In this document: positions 38,905-52,793 of the stretch, piece by piece
Numbering within the stretch: position 1 is the first letter of the stretch
How the letters are laid out: each line of letters starts with the position of its first letter
Source of the DNA: Octopus sinensis
Taxonomy: Eukaryota
Assembly: GCF_006345805.1 (NCBI RefSeq)
Contig: NC_043022.1
Span: 3,720,001-3,784,000, forward strand
Reading direction: 5' to 3'
DNA: 64,000 nt
The notes under the pieces: model-generated
What the model saw: the letters and a program-made list of their open reading frames with translations, nothing else
Databases searched by the model: none
What the model was told of the DNA's origin: nothing
Program-made: the position numbers and the translations under genes

Positions 38905-39400
38905 AAAGGAGGGGGAGAGGAGAGAGAGGGAGAGAGAGAAGGGAGGGAGAAGGGAGGGAGAAGGGAGAGAGAGAGAGAAGGGAGAGAGAGAGAGAAGGGA
39001 GAGAGAGAGAGAGAAGGGAGAGAAAGAGGGAAGGGAGAGAGAGAAGGGAGAGAAAGAGGGAAGGGAGAGAGAGAAGGGAGAGAAAGAGAGAAGGGAGAGA
39101 GAGAAGGGGAGAGAAAGAGAATGGAGAGAGAGAGAAGGGAGAGAAAGAGGGAAGGGAGAGAGAGAAGGGAGAGAAAGAGAAGGGAGAGAGAGAGAAGGGA
39201 GAGAAAGAGAAGGAAGAGAGAGAGAAGGGAGAGAAAGAGGGAAGGGAGAGAGAGAGGGAAGGGAGAGAGAGAAGGGAGAGAAAGAGGGAAGGGAGAGAGA
39301 GAAGGGAGAGAAATAGAAGGGAGAGAGAGGGGGGAGAGAAGGGAGGAGAGAGGGAAAGGAGAGAGAAGAGGGAAAGGAGAGAGAAGAGTGAGAGAGAGAA
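38905..39400. repeat. GA-rich purine minisatellite
   Basis: GAGAGAGAGAAGGGAGAGAAAGAGGGAAGG units. A similar CT-rich tract lies at 20645-20790. Confidence 0.9.
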
Positions 39401-41526
39401 GGGGTGGGGTGCAAGAGTGGAGGATGAGAGAGGGGGAAGGAGATAAGGGTGTGAAGGAAGGAAAAAGAGAGAGGTAAGGTATGAGAGGAGGAGAAGAGAG
39501 AGGATGAAGGTGAGAGAGAGGTAGGTGGGTGACAGACAGGAGAGAGAAAGCGAGAGAAAGAGGGGTGGGGAGGGGTGTTGCTAAGTTCAACGGAGCATGA
39601 CTGTTCTGAGAAGAAGACCCTTGGTAGTTCTGGCTCACCTGGTCAAACATGCAGGACATCAACTAAAACACAAATATTAAACTACAAATGGTTTTGTTTT
39701 GTTGTTGTTATTGTTGTTATTATTTAGCCCTAGGTCAGTCAGACCTGATTAAGTACACCTTCAGCCACATAAGCATTCGGTGTTGAACGAGGAGCTGTGA
39801 TCCTCAGCGGGAAGAAACTCTCAACAGGGTCAGGAAGTCTTTGGAGAAAAAGCCCTGCCTCAATCAAGTGTTTAGACCCTTAAATTCTTACACCTGACCC
39901 CTAGAGCCACAAAGGTGATGGGCATTGAGCAACGAACTGTAATCCTCAGATTTTATCGTTCTAGATTATTGTAGTTGGTGCAGGAGTGGCTGCCAACCAC
40001 ATGGTTCTGGGTTCAGTCCCACTGCATGGCACCTTGATCAAGAATCTTCCACTATAGCCTCGGGCCGACCAAAACCTTGTGAGCAGATGGAAACTGAAAG
40101 AAGTCCATTGTCGGTTGCTGTTTAGTTACATATTTAGGAGTTGGTTATAGGTTTACTTATAGAATTTATTTACCGATACTGTTATACATAAGGTAAATGT
40201 GTTTGAAAGTTGTGGTTTCTTTGCTATGTTTATTCCCAAACAACACTTATTAGTGCTGTTGACATCGCAGGATTGAGTGGTACTGCCCAGGTGTCGAAAC
40301 CACAAAGATATCCGCAGGGCAGCTGAAGATGGAAGTATGTTGGATTGTTGGTATGGCTCTTTTTGTATATGTGTAAAAGTATTATAACACATCCTTTTGA
40401 TATATGTGCATGTATATGTAGTGTGTGTGTGTATGTTTGTCCTCCCCACCCACCATCACTTGACAACTGATGTTGGTATGTTTATGTCCCTGTAATTTAG
40501 CAGTTTGGCAAAAAAAAGACCAATAGAGTAAGTGTTAGGCTTACAAAGAATAAGTCCTGGGGTTGATCCGTTCGACTAAAGGCAGTGTTCCAGCATGGCT
40601 GCAGTCATGCGACTAAAACTAGTAAAAGAATAAACAAACATATACGTATATATGTATTCTTATGGATGTATGTGTTTGTGTGTATATATGTTATACACAC
40701 ACACACATATACATTTGTGTATATCCTGCTGTCAGTATGTTGAGAGCCACACAATCAGACATGCTTCAACCTAAATATTCTGCCTTCCATAGAAAGTTGG
40801 TTTCAAGGTCTGTTTATCAAAAAACTGTGACTTGATTATAATTATAATGAGGATCACAGCTGATAGGGGTGGCGGTGGGGGCAAGGCATATCTTAATTGT
40901 CAGTCTTTGTGTGTGTGTGTATATGAGTATCTGTACATATAAGTGTATGTGTGTGAAAGAGAGTATATATGAATGTGCATGTGTGAGTATGTGTACATAT
41001 GAGTGTGTGTGAGAGCGTATACAGATGAGTGTGTGTATGTGTGAGTATTACTCTACTTTTTTTTACTTGTTTCAGTCATTTGATTGCGGCCATGCTGGAG
41101 CATCGCCTTAAGTCGAACAAATTGACTCCAGGACTTATTCTTTGTAAGCCTAGTACTTTTTATCAGTCTCTTTTGCCGAACTGCTAAGTTGCAGGGATAT
41201 AAACACACCAGCATCAGTTGTCAAGTGAAGTGGGGGACAGACAGACACACACAAATGTATATATATGTATATATACATATATATGTGCAGGTGGCATGTA
41301 AAAAACGCCATTTGAGCATGGTTGTTGCCAGTACTGGCCCTCATGCTGGTGGCACATAAAAGCAGCCACTAAACTCTCGGAGTGGTTGGCATTAGGAAGG
41401 GCATCCAGCTGTAGAAACTCTGCCAGATCAAGACTGGAGCCTGGTGCAGCAATCTGGTTCGCCAGACCTCAGTCAAATCGTCCAACCCATGCTAGCATGG
41501 AAAGCAGACGTTAAACGATGATGATG

Positions 41527-41557
<31 letters not shown>

Positions 41558-42085
41558 TGAGTAAACATTATCTGGGAGAATTTTTCTTAAAGTAGAGGAA
41601 ATGGCTAAAAAACTTTTTGGCTGCTATTTCTAGAAAGTTCAGTATGTGGCAAAGTAATTTATTTTACTAAGCCCTAATTATATAATGTAATATTTTGAAT
41701 ACGCCTTAAATGGTCCTTTTATATACTGAACACTACTTGGTGAAATTGATTAATAACTAATTAATTTTACCCTCAATTATTCATATATATATATACGACA
41801 AGCTTCTTTCAGTTTCCATCTACTAAATTCACTGACAATGCTTTGGATGGCCCAAGTCTATATTAGAAGACACTTGCCTAACGTGCGACTGAACTCGGGA
41901 CCATGTGGTTGGGAAGCAAGCTTCTTACCACACAGCCACACCTGCGCCTATGTATATGTGTGTGTGTGAGATTGTACATGAGTGTACACGTGTGAGTATG
42001 TGCACATACTAGTGTGTGTGTGTGTAAGTGAGTAAGATTGTGTACATGCATGCAAATGTGTGCATGTGCTTCAGTGCCAGCATCT

Positions 42086-43275
42086 ATGTGTACAATTTAC
42101 ATGTATGTATAATATCAATTGTGTACAATTACATGTATGTATAAATGTGTACAATTTGTACAAATGTGTACAATTTACATGTATATATATAAATATCAAT
42201 TGTGTACAATTACATGTATGTATAATATCAATTGTGTACAATTACATGTATGTATAAATGTGTACATTTGTACAAATGTGTACAATTTAGTATGTATAAT
42301 ATCAATTGTGTACAATTACATGTATGTATAATATCAATTGTGTACAATTACATGTATGTATAAATGTGTACAATTTGTACAAATGTGTACAATTTACATG
42401 TATGTATAATATCAATTGTGTACAATTACCAATGTATGTATAATATCAAGTGTACCAATTACATGTATGTATAATTTGTACAATTTGTACAAATGTGTAC
42501 AATTTACATGTATGTATAATATCAATTGTGTCCAATTACATGTATGTATAATATCAATTGTGTACAATTACATGTATGTATAAATGTGTACATTTGTACA
42601 AATGTGTACAATTTACATGTATGTATAATATCAATTGTGTACAATTACATGTATGTATAATCAATTGTGTACAATTACATGTATGTATAATGTGTACAAT
42701 TTGTACAAATGTGTACAATTTACATGTATGTATAATATCAATTGTTGTACTTACATGTATAGTAAATATCAATTGTGTACAATTACATGTATGTATAATG
42801 TGTACACTGTTGTACAAATGTGTACAATTTACATGTATGTATAATTCAATGGTTACACTACATGTATGTATAATATCAATTGGTACAATTACATGTATGT
42901 ATAAATGTAAAATTTGTACAATGTGTACAATTTACATGTATGTATATATCAATTGTGTACAATTACATGATGTATAATATCAATTGTGTACAATTACATG
43001 TATGTATAAATGTGTACAATTTGTACAAATGTGTACAATTTACATGTATGTATAATATCAATTGTGTACAATTACATGTATGTATAATATCAATTGTGTA
43101 CAATTACATGTATGTATAAATGTGTACAATTTGTACAAATGTGTACAATTTACATGTATGTATAATATCAATTGTGTACAATTACATGTATGTATAATAT
43201 CAATTGTGTACAATTACATGTATGTATAAATATGTACAATTTGTACAAATGTGTACAATTTACATGTATGTATAA
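42086..43275. repeat. AT-rich satellite of palindromic modules, 110-bp higher-order unit
   Basis: 32-bp (TATCAATTGTGTACAATTACATGTATGTATAA) and 46-bp modules in an A-A-B pattern. Confidence 0.9.
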
Positions 43276-43653
43276 ATACAATTATATGAGTGTGTGTGTG
43301 TGTGTGAAAGCGAGAGAATGCATAAGTGCGAGTGTGAAAATATGAGTGTGTTTGTGAGTGTGGTATAAAGGAGCTAGCTGAAAACACAGGGGCTACAGAA
43401 CAATGTGTAAAATAGGGGGTGAAAGAAAGGAGTAGGGGTTAGGGATGTGGTGGAATTGGTGGAAGGGTGGAGAGCTTTTATGAAAATGGGGGGGGGGGCG
43501 TAATGAGCAAGGGTTTTAAAGTTATGAGTGAAATTAGAAGGGATAGAGAGGGGTGTAGAAGAAATTTAACATACATGCAATAAAACACACACATATAAAG
43601 AGATATTATACATACATGTAAATATATCCATTTATAGACACACACACCATCAT

Positions 43654-43688
<35 letters not shown>

Positions 43689-43801
43689 ATATATATATAC
43701 ATACATGTAAATATATTCATTTATAGACACACACATCAATATATATATATTATATATATATACACATACATGTAAATATATTCATTTATAGACACACACA
43801 T

Positions 43802-43852
<51 letters not shown>

Positions 43853-44547
43853 CATGTAAATATATGCATTTATAGACATACACATATCATATATATATAT
43901 ATATACACACATATATGTATAGATAAATAGATATAGATAGATAATACATATAAACACCCATTTATGTCAACATATATGGTATACACACAAAGACTTAAAC
44001 ATACATGCCTATACATGCACACACACACACACACACACACCTATACATACATACACACATTTCAAGTTCAAGCATCCCTTTCTTTTTATCCTGAAGGGTT
44101 TCACACAGACAGATTGCATCAGGTTTATTATTAGCAATATTTAGTAATAGTAGTAGTAGTAGTAGTAGTAGTTAGATGATATCCTTTCAGTGAACCATCT
44201 GGCTAATGTTGTTCAGGGTGGAGTACCCTGCTATACGGCCCCTCATTTGTTTCAATTTGTATTAATATGCATGTATATATATATATATGTATGTATATGT
44301 ACGGATGTATGCATGCATGTACATATGTGTGTGTATGTATGTAGTGTATGTATGTGTGTATGCATGTATGTATATATATGCATGTATGTGTATGTATGTA
44401 TGTGTATGTAAGTATATATGTATGTTTATATGTATGTATGTGTGTATGTATGCATGTATGTGTATGTATGCATGTATATATATATATATATATATATATA
44501 AATATATATGTATGGATGTATGCAAACATGTACGTACGTACGTATGT

Positions 44548-44580
<33 letters not shown>

Positions 44581-45089
44581 CTGTATGTGTATGTATGCAT
44601 GTATGTGTATGTATGTGTGTATGTATGCATGTATGTGTATGTATGTATATATGTATGTTTATATGCATGTATGTGTTTGTGTATGTATGCATGTATGCTT
44701 GCATGTATGTATGTGTCCATGTATTGTTGTGTCTGCATGCTCCATGCATGTGGCGATGTTTGTGTGCATTTTTCTGCTAAATAATTTTAAAACTACAAAA
44801 GCAAAACAATTATTATTCATTAAAGCTTCTCTCTTCTCTCTCTCTCTCTCTCCAGCTGTGAAGTTACAGCAGAAAGAACGGAGATGTTTTGATAGTCATG
44901 CCTTTCCACTAAAGGCATGAAACATGTAATGGCATTTCATTGAGGTAATTTGAACCATCTAATGATCGTTTACTAATACGTATTCAAGAAGACCCACCCA
45001 CCACAACAGAGCTGAGGTCCTAAAAACAAGGAGCTACATGAAAAGCATTGGTGTGGGTGCTGGTGCCACATGAAGAACACTGGCACTGG

Positions 45090-45810
45090 TGCTATGGACA
45101 AAGAACTGGTGATGGTGCCACATAAAAGGAGCTGGTGATGGTGTCACATACAAAGCACCAGTGATGGTGCCACGTAAAAAACTCTGGTGATGGTGCCACG
45201 TAAAAAGAGCCAGTGATGGTGCCACGTAAAAAGAGCCGGTGATGGTGCCACATAAAAAGAGCCGGTGATGGTGCCACATAAAAAAGCACCAGTGATGGTG
45301 CCACATAAAAAGAGCCGGTGATGGTGCCACGTAAAAAGCACCAGTGATGGTGCCACATAAAAAGCACCAGTGATGGTGCCACGTAAAAAGCACCAGTGAT
45401 GGTGCCACATAAAAAGCACCAGTGATGGTGCCACATAAAAAGAGCCGGTGATGGTGCCACGTAAAAAGAGCCAGTGATGGTGCCACGTAAAAAGAGCCAG
45501 TGATGGTGCCACATAAAAAGAGCCGGTGATGGTGCCACGTAAAAAGAGCCAGTGATGGTGCCACATAAAAAGAGCCGGTGATGGTGCCACATAAAAAGAG
45601 CCGGTGATGGTGCCACATAAAAAGAGCCGGTGATGGTGCCACATAAAAAGAGCCGGTGATAGTGTCACGTACAAAGAGTCAGTGATGGTGCCACGTAAAA
45701 AAGCACCAGTGATGGTGCTACATAAAAAGAGCCGGTGATGGTGCCACGTAAAAAGAGCCGGTGATGGTGCCACGTAAAAAGCACCGGTGATGGTGCCACG
45801 TAAAAAGCAC
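45090..45810. repeat. 26-bp minisatellite (G/AGTGATGGTGCCACRTAAAAAGAGCC), about 27 copies
   Basis: The core GGTGCCACGTAAAAAGCACC is shared with the interior of SINE family C. Confidence 0.9.
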
Positions 45811-47539
45811 ATTCTGCCTGGTGTGCAAACGATTCTGCCAGCTTAATAACTATAATAATAATAATAATGGTTTCAAAGTTTGCCACATGGGCAGTAAATT
45901 GGGGAGAGGAGATGAGTTGATTACATCGACCCCAGTGTTCAACTGGTACTTATTTTAACAACCTGCAAGACGGAAAGGCAAAGTTGAACCCAGAGGAATT
46001 TGAACTCAGAAAGTAGCTAACGATTCTGCCAGTTCACTGCCTTAACTATAATAGTAATAATAATAATAATAATAATTTATTCTTTTTATTGGCCACAAGG
46101 GCTGACACACATGATTATAAAACATAAAGGGACAAAATGATGATGATTTCAAATTTTTGCTACAAGGGCATCTTGGAGGAGGGGATTACATTGATTATCA
46201 TCAACCCCAGTGCATAACTGGTATTTATTTAATTGACCCCGAGAGGATGGAAAGCAAAGTCAACCTTGGCAGAATTTGAACATGGTGACAGGTGAAATAC
46301 CGCTAAGCATTTCGCCCTGCATGGGGATTCTGCCCGCTCCCCACCTTACTCTCTTTTACTTGTTTCAGTCATTTGACTGCGGCCATGCTGGAGCACCGCC
46401 TTTAGTCGAGCAAATCGACCCCGGGACTTATTTTTTGTAAGCCCAGTACTTATTCTGTCGGTCTCTTTTTGCCGAACCGCTAAGTGATGGGGACGTAAAC
46501 ACCCCAGCTTCGGTTGTCAAGCAATGCTAGGGGTCAAACACAGACACACAAACATATACACACACATACATATATATATATATATACATATATACGACGG
46601 GCTTCTTTCAGTTTCCGTCTACCAAATCCACTCACAAGACATTGGTCGGCCCGGGGCTATAGCAGAAGACACTTGCCCAAGATGCCATGCAGTGGGACTG
46701 AACCTGAAACCATGTGGTTGGTAAGCAAGCTACTTACCACACAGCCACTTCTGCGCCTTAATAATAATAATAATAATAATAATTCTCTCCACCCACTTTT
46801 ATCTATGAGTCTGTTAGTAAATGAACAGAAGGTCCCATTGTCAACTGGCACTGCCACTACCACTACCACCTTTCCTCTCCGCTTCCCCTTCTCTCTCCTC
46901 TTCTTTCCAGCCTGACATCTTTACTGGTCAGCTGACCAAATAGTCCTATTATACGTTAAAACAACACTTGGTATGTTTTCAGTTCCACTGCTCAACTAGT
47001 ACATACCAGCAGATACTTCTAAAGAGCTAACAATCAATTATCGGTTTTTTAATGAGCAAGCTGGCTGAGGTGGAAGGGAAAGAGAGGGGGATGAGGAAGA
47101 GTGAGGGCAGGAGGGAATGACACGGGTGGAGTGGGGTGGAGTGTGAACAGGTCCATGATTTTTAATAGAGCATGGCCGGTTGGAATTGGGTTTGTTTTCG
47201 CAATGACTTTCAAAGACACACTACCACTCTCAGACATTTCTATCTATCTATTTTTTCTTTATTTTTTACAATAGGTGCAGCCGTGGCTGCATGGTAAGGT
47301 GTTTGCTTCCCAACCACATGGCTCCAGGTTCAGTCCTACTGCACAGCACCTTGGGCATGTGTCTTCTACTACAGCCTCAGGCAGACGGAAGCCTTGTGAG
47401 TGGATTTGGTAGGCATAAAATGAAACAAGTCTATTGTGTGTGTGTGTGTATAAGTATGTATATGTTATATATATATATTATATATATATATATATATATA
47501 TGAGATGTGTATATATATATATATATGAGATGTATGTAT

Positions 47540-47957
47540 ATGTATCATCATCATCATCATCATCATCGTTTAGCGTCCGCTTTCCATGCTAGCATGGGTT
47601 GGACGGGTCAACTGGGGTCTGGGAAACCAGAAGGCTGCATCAGGCCCAGTCAGATCTGGCAGTGTTTCTACGGCTGGATGCCCTTCCTAACGCCAACCAC
47701 TCCGCGAGTGTAGTGGTGTTTTTTTTACGTGCCACCTGCACAGGTGCCAGACAGAGCTGGCGAACGGCCACGAACGGATGGTGCTTTTACGTGTCACACC
47801 GCACGGGGCCAGGCGATGCTGGCAACGGACACGAACGGATGTGCTTTTACGTGCCACCGACACGGGGCCAGACAGAGCTGGCAACCGGCCACGAACGGAC
47901 GGTGCTTTTACTTGTCACCGGCACGGTGGCCAGCCGAGGCTGGCAACGGACGCGAAC

Positions 47958-47960
<3 letters not shown>
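47540..47960 (-). mobile_element. SINE family C with approximately 57-60-bp internal repeats; other copies at about 10100-10330 (+), 26468-26655 (-), 41290-41527 (+)
   Basis: Family body, plus repeated GTGCTTTTACGTGxCACC...GGCAACGG. Confidence 0.75.
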
Positions 47961-47988
<28 letters not shown>

Positions 47989-47994
47989 TATATG

Positions 47995-48200
47995 AGATGC
48001 AGCACGAAGCTTTGTCAGTGAACAGGTCGTGGTCTCAAAGCGACGAAAATATTTTGACAAATTAAATTTAAATGTTGAAGTGAATCTGTTTTGTGTGTTT
48101 CTTAAATGTCTTATAAACACCTTCCACACTGCAATTGTTTTCGTTCCAGCACACAATCTCAGTACAGGTCACTTGCTATGCAAGTACACCTCCATAATAT
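47995..48200 (+). repeat. Unclassified interspersed repeat of about 200 bp, second copy at about 56880-57085
   Basis: Shared TTTGTCAGTGAA...GCGACGAAAATATTTTGACAA...GCAATTGTTTTCGTT...CTTGCTATGC(A/G)AGTACA. Both copies are flanked by (TA)n. Confidence 0.7.
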
Positions 48201-48973
48201 ATATTAAAGATAATTAAGTTAATGTCTGGTCATAAAGTGACCAATGGTTTCGCATCCATAAAAGCCTTAGCCTTGTGGGTGTTGTATGTGTGTGAACCAC
48301 TGCTACTTGACAACTGGTGTTGTTTTGTTTACATTCCTATAACTTAGTGGTTTGGCAGAAGAGATTAATAGAATGAGTACCAGGTTTTAAAAATATGTAC
48401 TGGAGTTAGTTCATTCAACTAAAAATTCTTCAAAGTGGTGCCCCAGCATGGCCACACTCAAATGACAGAAGCAAATAAAAAATAAAAATAGTAGACTGTG
48501 ATTTAGCTGCTTTTTCTCCTAGTACGTCAGGTCAAGTAGGGTTCTGATATTGGGCAGGGGGGGGGGACTCGATGTGAAGGTCACATTTGGTTCATATGTG
48601 TTCCGAAATACAAGTCCCCACTATATTTACTAACAAGATGGCTACATACACAGAGATGCCTCAACTTGCTAGAAACAGCAGCCAAAATTTCCCCCCATCA
48701 TAGGACACACTAGACAATGTAGTCCAAGCTATACAAGATGTATGGTCATGGCTGGAACACCTCCAACCTGAAGTCTGTTTGATGAGGGCTGACTGGAACT
48801 AGGCAAAACACACACACACACACACACCTATACACACAATGTTTGTTTTTATGTTCATTTATAATAAAAACAATTTTGGGTTACCCTATACTTTGGCAGA
48901 GTTGAAATTTATTATTCTTAAGCAAGACAGTGACTTCGAAGTTTTGGCCAACCAATCCATTATTTACGATATA

Positions 48974-49005
<32 letters not shown>

Positions 49006-50285
49006 TATATATATATTATAAGGTACCAGTTTCGCACTGGGGTCGATGTAATCGACTTAATCCCTTTGTCTGTCCTTGTTTGTCCCCTCTATGTTTAGCC
49101 CCTTGTGGGCAATAAAGAAATATATATATATGTCGTAAACATTTGTGTAAATATGTGACATTTATCTTACTATAATCGATATTGAAGTTGATTGGTAGAC
49201 TAGTTCGATATAATTTTAATCACTGGAGTGAAACGAACAGAGTGCGCAATGTAGTCTTTCTATTTTGCTAGAAACAGCAGCTGAATAACCTTTAAAAAAA
49301 AAAAACTAAGATTCGCCATAACTTTCTGAAAAATGCATCTATAGGAATGAGATTTTGCAGAGACGTTTTCCAGGGTGTATGTTACAATTATCTCTTATCT
49401 TATACTTGTTTCTGTCACTGGATTGTGGCCATACTGGGGCACAACTTTGAATGGTTTTAACCAAACAAATGGTCCCCAGTATTTTAAAGAAAAATGTTTT
49501 TGAAGTCTGGTATTCCATTGGTCTCTCTTAACGAACCACAACGCTACGGTGGACGTAAACAAACCAACACCAAGTTGTCAAGCGATGGAGGAGCAGGCAG
49601 ACAGACACACTGGGTTTTTTCCTGTTTCCGTCCACCAAATCCTCGCACAAGGCTTCTATAATAGAAAGCACTTTGTCCATAATGCCATCCAGTCGGACTG
49701 AACCCAGAACCCACACAATCAAATTCTTTGAAGGAATTTCACATCATTCTTCGCCATCTCGAATTTATTACCACAAATTTCTGTGAAAAAAAGAAAGCAA
49801 AAAAAGGTGGGGCAATACCAATGTGTAGTTCTGCCAGTCTCAGACAAACTCTGCATAAAGAAAACAAAAATGCTGGGATGGTTACGGTTGGAAGGTCTTC
49901 GATGCCAAGAATCTACTTCGTCTGTGTCGATCTGAGGCTAAAAAACATTTCTTTATCGCTGCTGCTAGATCGAACCCGTGTCTCCTGCATTAAAGTGTGT
50001 GTTACTCTGCCAATGGATGAGGCGTGAAAACGAACGATTTTGTGACATGCATGCCTTTCCTTGGAGCATTAATGGTTAGTGTAAGCGTAAGGAATCGAAC
50101 ACCGTTTAAAAATTCGATGTGCTGGGACCCAAACACACAGACATACATACGCAAACACACAGACATACATACGCAAACACACACATATAATCATACAAGC
50201 ACAAACATTTATACACACGCACATACATACGCACACAAGCACAAACTCACACAAACACACACATTAACACACTAATACAAACGCG

Positions 50286-50710
50286 GGCGATCTTTCGTCT
50301 CTAGTAGACCTTTCCGTCGATTTCCGTAAAAAAATTTTTTTTTTTACATATGGGCTTGCGGGAACTTTTGAAGTAATATACATTAATACACATACACCGA
50401 GTAAAAAATTCAGAGTTATCTCTTTCTTTTCACACATTGACTCTGTTTCTCACACACACTAACAGAAGCACCTTCACTTACACAAAATATGTCTGTCTCC
50501 CACACCCCATCAAACACACACCCACACACACATGTACATCAATGCTGCCATGCCGGTTAACTTCAAAAGAACTTCCCTCGTCATCAAATCGCTTTTCTCT
50601 TAGCCTCTTCGCGCTCTCATTACTTCAAAAGTTCCCGCAAGCCATATGTAAAAAAAAAAAATTTTTTTACGGAAATCGACGGAAAGGTCTACTAGAGACG
50701 AAAGATTGCC
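50286..50710. mobile_element. Merlin-like MITE, copy 1
   Basis: About 85-bp TIRs (GGCGATCTTTCGTCTCTAGTAG... / ...CTACTAGAGACGAAAGATTGCC) with an 8-bp TSD CAAACGCG at 50278-50285 and 50711-50718. GG termini plus an 8-bp TSD fit Merlin. Confidence 0.75.
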
Positions 50711-52265
50711 CAAACGCGCGTACACGTACACACACACAACCATAAATACAATCACATGCCCACCCGAAAAATACACGTATACACATTTACACACGCACTC
50801 ACACACACCTATACATACACACGTACACGCATACACACGCCCATTCACAGATGTACACATTTACATATACCCACCCATATGTACATGCACACACACATAC
50901 ACACACGTGTACACGCCCACTCGAACATACTCTAGACACGATGGGCCCTGGATAAAGCAGGGAATGTAATTAAAATGTTGATTTGCGGGGAGGAAGCGGC
51001 ACCGTTTCCACAGAAGAATTATTATCAACAGCCAAATCGATCGATCTATATGATGGGTTTGGATAAAAAAAATAAGGGGTCATAGGAAGAAATATGGAAC
51101 AAAAGAATCATTGTTATTAGGGGAAATAGCAACAAGACACACACACATATATACACGTATATATGCACACACCACACACACACACACACACAGAGAGGCT
51201 AATGCACACACACACATAACACACACAAAGTTTTGAGTCACAACGGTTTCGAACGAATAAACAAACATTGAGAACCTTTGCTTCGGTCTATTAACCCCCA
51301 AAACACTGCATGTATCTATGTGTGTGTGTGTGTGTACATAACGAGCTAAGAGAAATAACTCGAAATGACCAGTAAACATTTATTTGAACACCATAGACAA
51401 ATACAGGTATATTAAATACCATACAAAACATATTTCACTTCTCTCTCTCTCTCCGTATATATGTGTGTGCGTGTATATATATATATATATATATTTTAAT
51501 CAGCCGAAATTGCGAGGATGACCTGGTTCTTGACTGAGGATAGAAAGCTTCGAATGACCCGCCCTTGTTTTCTTTGTATCGTCTATCTGGATGTTTTGTT
51601 GTCCCTTTTTGTATCACCTAGTTGTCCGGATGTTTTGCGTTCTTGTCCCACTTTGTATTTTATATATATATATATATATCGTGACGCATATTTGCCATTT
51701 GAATATGGCTAACCCCTAAGGGTGGATGCTACTGTAGTTTGTAGCCCCAGGAAGATATCTCCTCCAGCTGGCTATAGACACACTATCTGTGTCCTCTCAG
51801 TATTTGTGGAGGGGAGTCATCCTCCCCGTCTTCAACTCATGATACACACGGACCCGAGTTTCATAAAACATAAACCTGGTAAAAGAAGCACCCTCTAAGA
51901 TGTAGAGCAGTATATATTAAAAATGGGGAAGGTCGGTTTATGAGGATTACCTTAGCTTTCCCGTCCATAAAGGGTTTTCAGCTTTACCTCGTATCATCAG
52001 ATCCCGAAAATCTGTTGGCCTATGACCTCTTTAAAATATTAATCCCCATAAGGTAATCTCATAAATCGACCTTCCCCAGTTTTAATAAATGTGGTTCAAA
52101 TTCTCAGAAAACACTGGATGAAAACAGGTGAGGGGCAAAATAGTCGAAATACAACTCAGTACATGAGTACCTGTAATTTTTGTACATTTTGATACGAACT
52201 AAGTTACAAAAACGGTTACAAGAGCCGAGTTTCGGGCATGATGCGTGTGTGTATATGTATATGTA

Positions 52266-52323
<58 letters not shown>

Positions 52324-52484
52324 CACACGCTTACATTTATACATACACATACCCACATATAAAGATATAGTTTCGGTTCGGGTGGGAAGGATTACGGATT
52401 ACACTAGAAAACCTCCCCTTCTATGTTACAGGAATTCCACATATGCACTCACACATACGTATACATACACACTTATACACACAG

Positions 52485-52582
52485 ATAGATCGACAGACAG
52501 ACAGACAGACAGATCGATAGATAGATAGATAGATAGACAGATAGATAGATAGATAGACAGATAGATAGATAGATAGATAGAC

Positions 52583-52617
<35 letters not shown>

Positions 52618-52720
52618 TAGATAGATAGACAGATAGATAGATAGATAGACAGATAGAGAGACAGACAGATAGACAGATAGACAGATCGATAGACAGATAG
52701 AGAGACAGACAGACAGACAT

Positions 52721-52793
<73 letters not shown>

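Larger units (their letters stand above)
39975..49720. mobile_element. SINE family A copies/fragments at about 39975-40630 (+), 41050-41290 (-), 41795-41950 (-), 46348-46758 (-), 47272-47430 (+), 48290-48490 (+), 49400-49720 (-); also 62270-62390 (-)
   Basis: Family motifs with variable divergence. Confidence 0.75.

Noticed and set aside
38872-39662. Long Leu/Ser/Pro or Glu/Arg ORFs
   Set aside because: Translations of the GA-rich minisatellite.
40273-40336. Plus-strand exon-like segment IEWYCPGVETTKISAGQLKME with GAA|GTATGT donor
   Set aside because: Weak pyrimidine tract, no homology, and no compatible partner exons identified.
9017-45810. CRISPR-like arrays of short palindromic repeats
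   Set aside because: Units are contiguous with no unique spacers, the DNA is eukaryotic, and there are no cas genes.
49960-50030. tRNA-like head on the minus strand (GGGTTCGATC)
   Set aside because: Only a B-box-like match; too degenerate to call.
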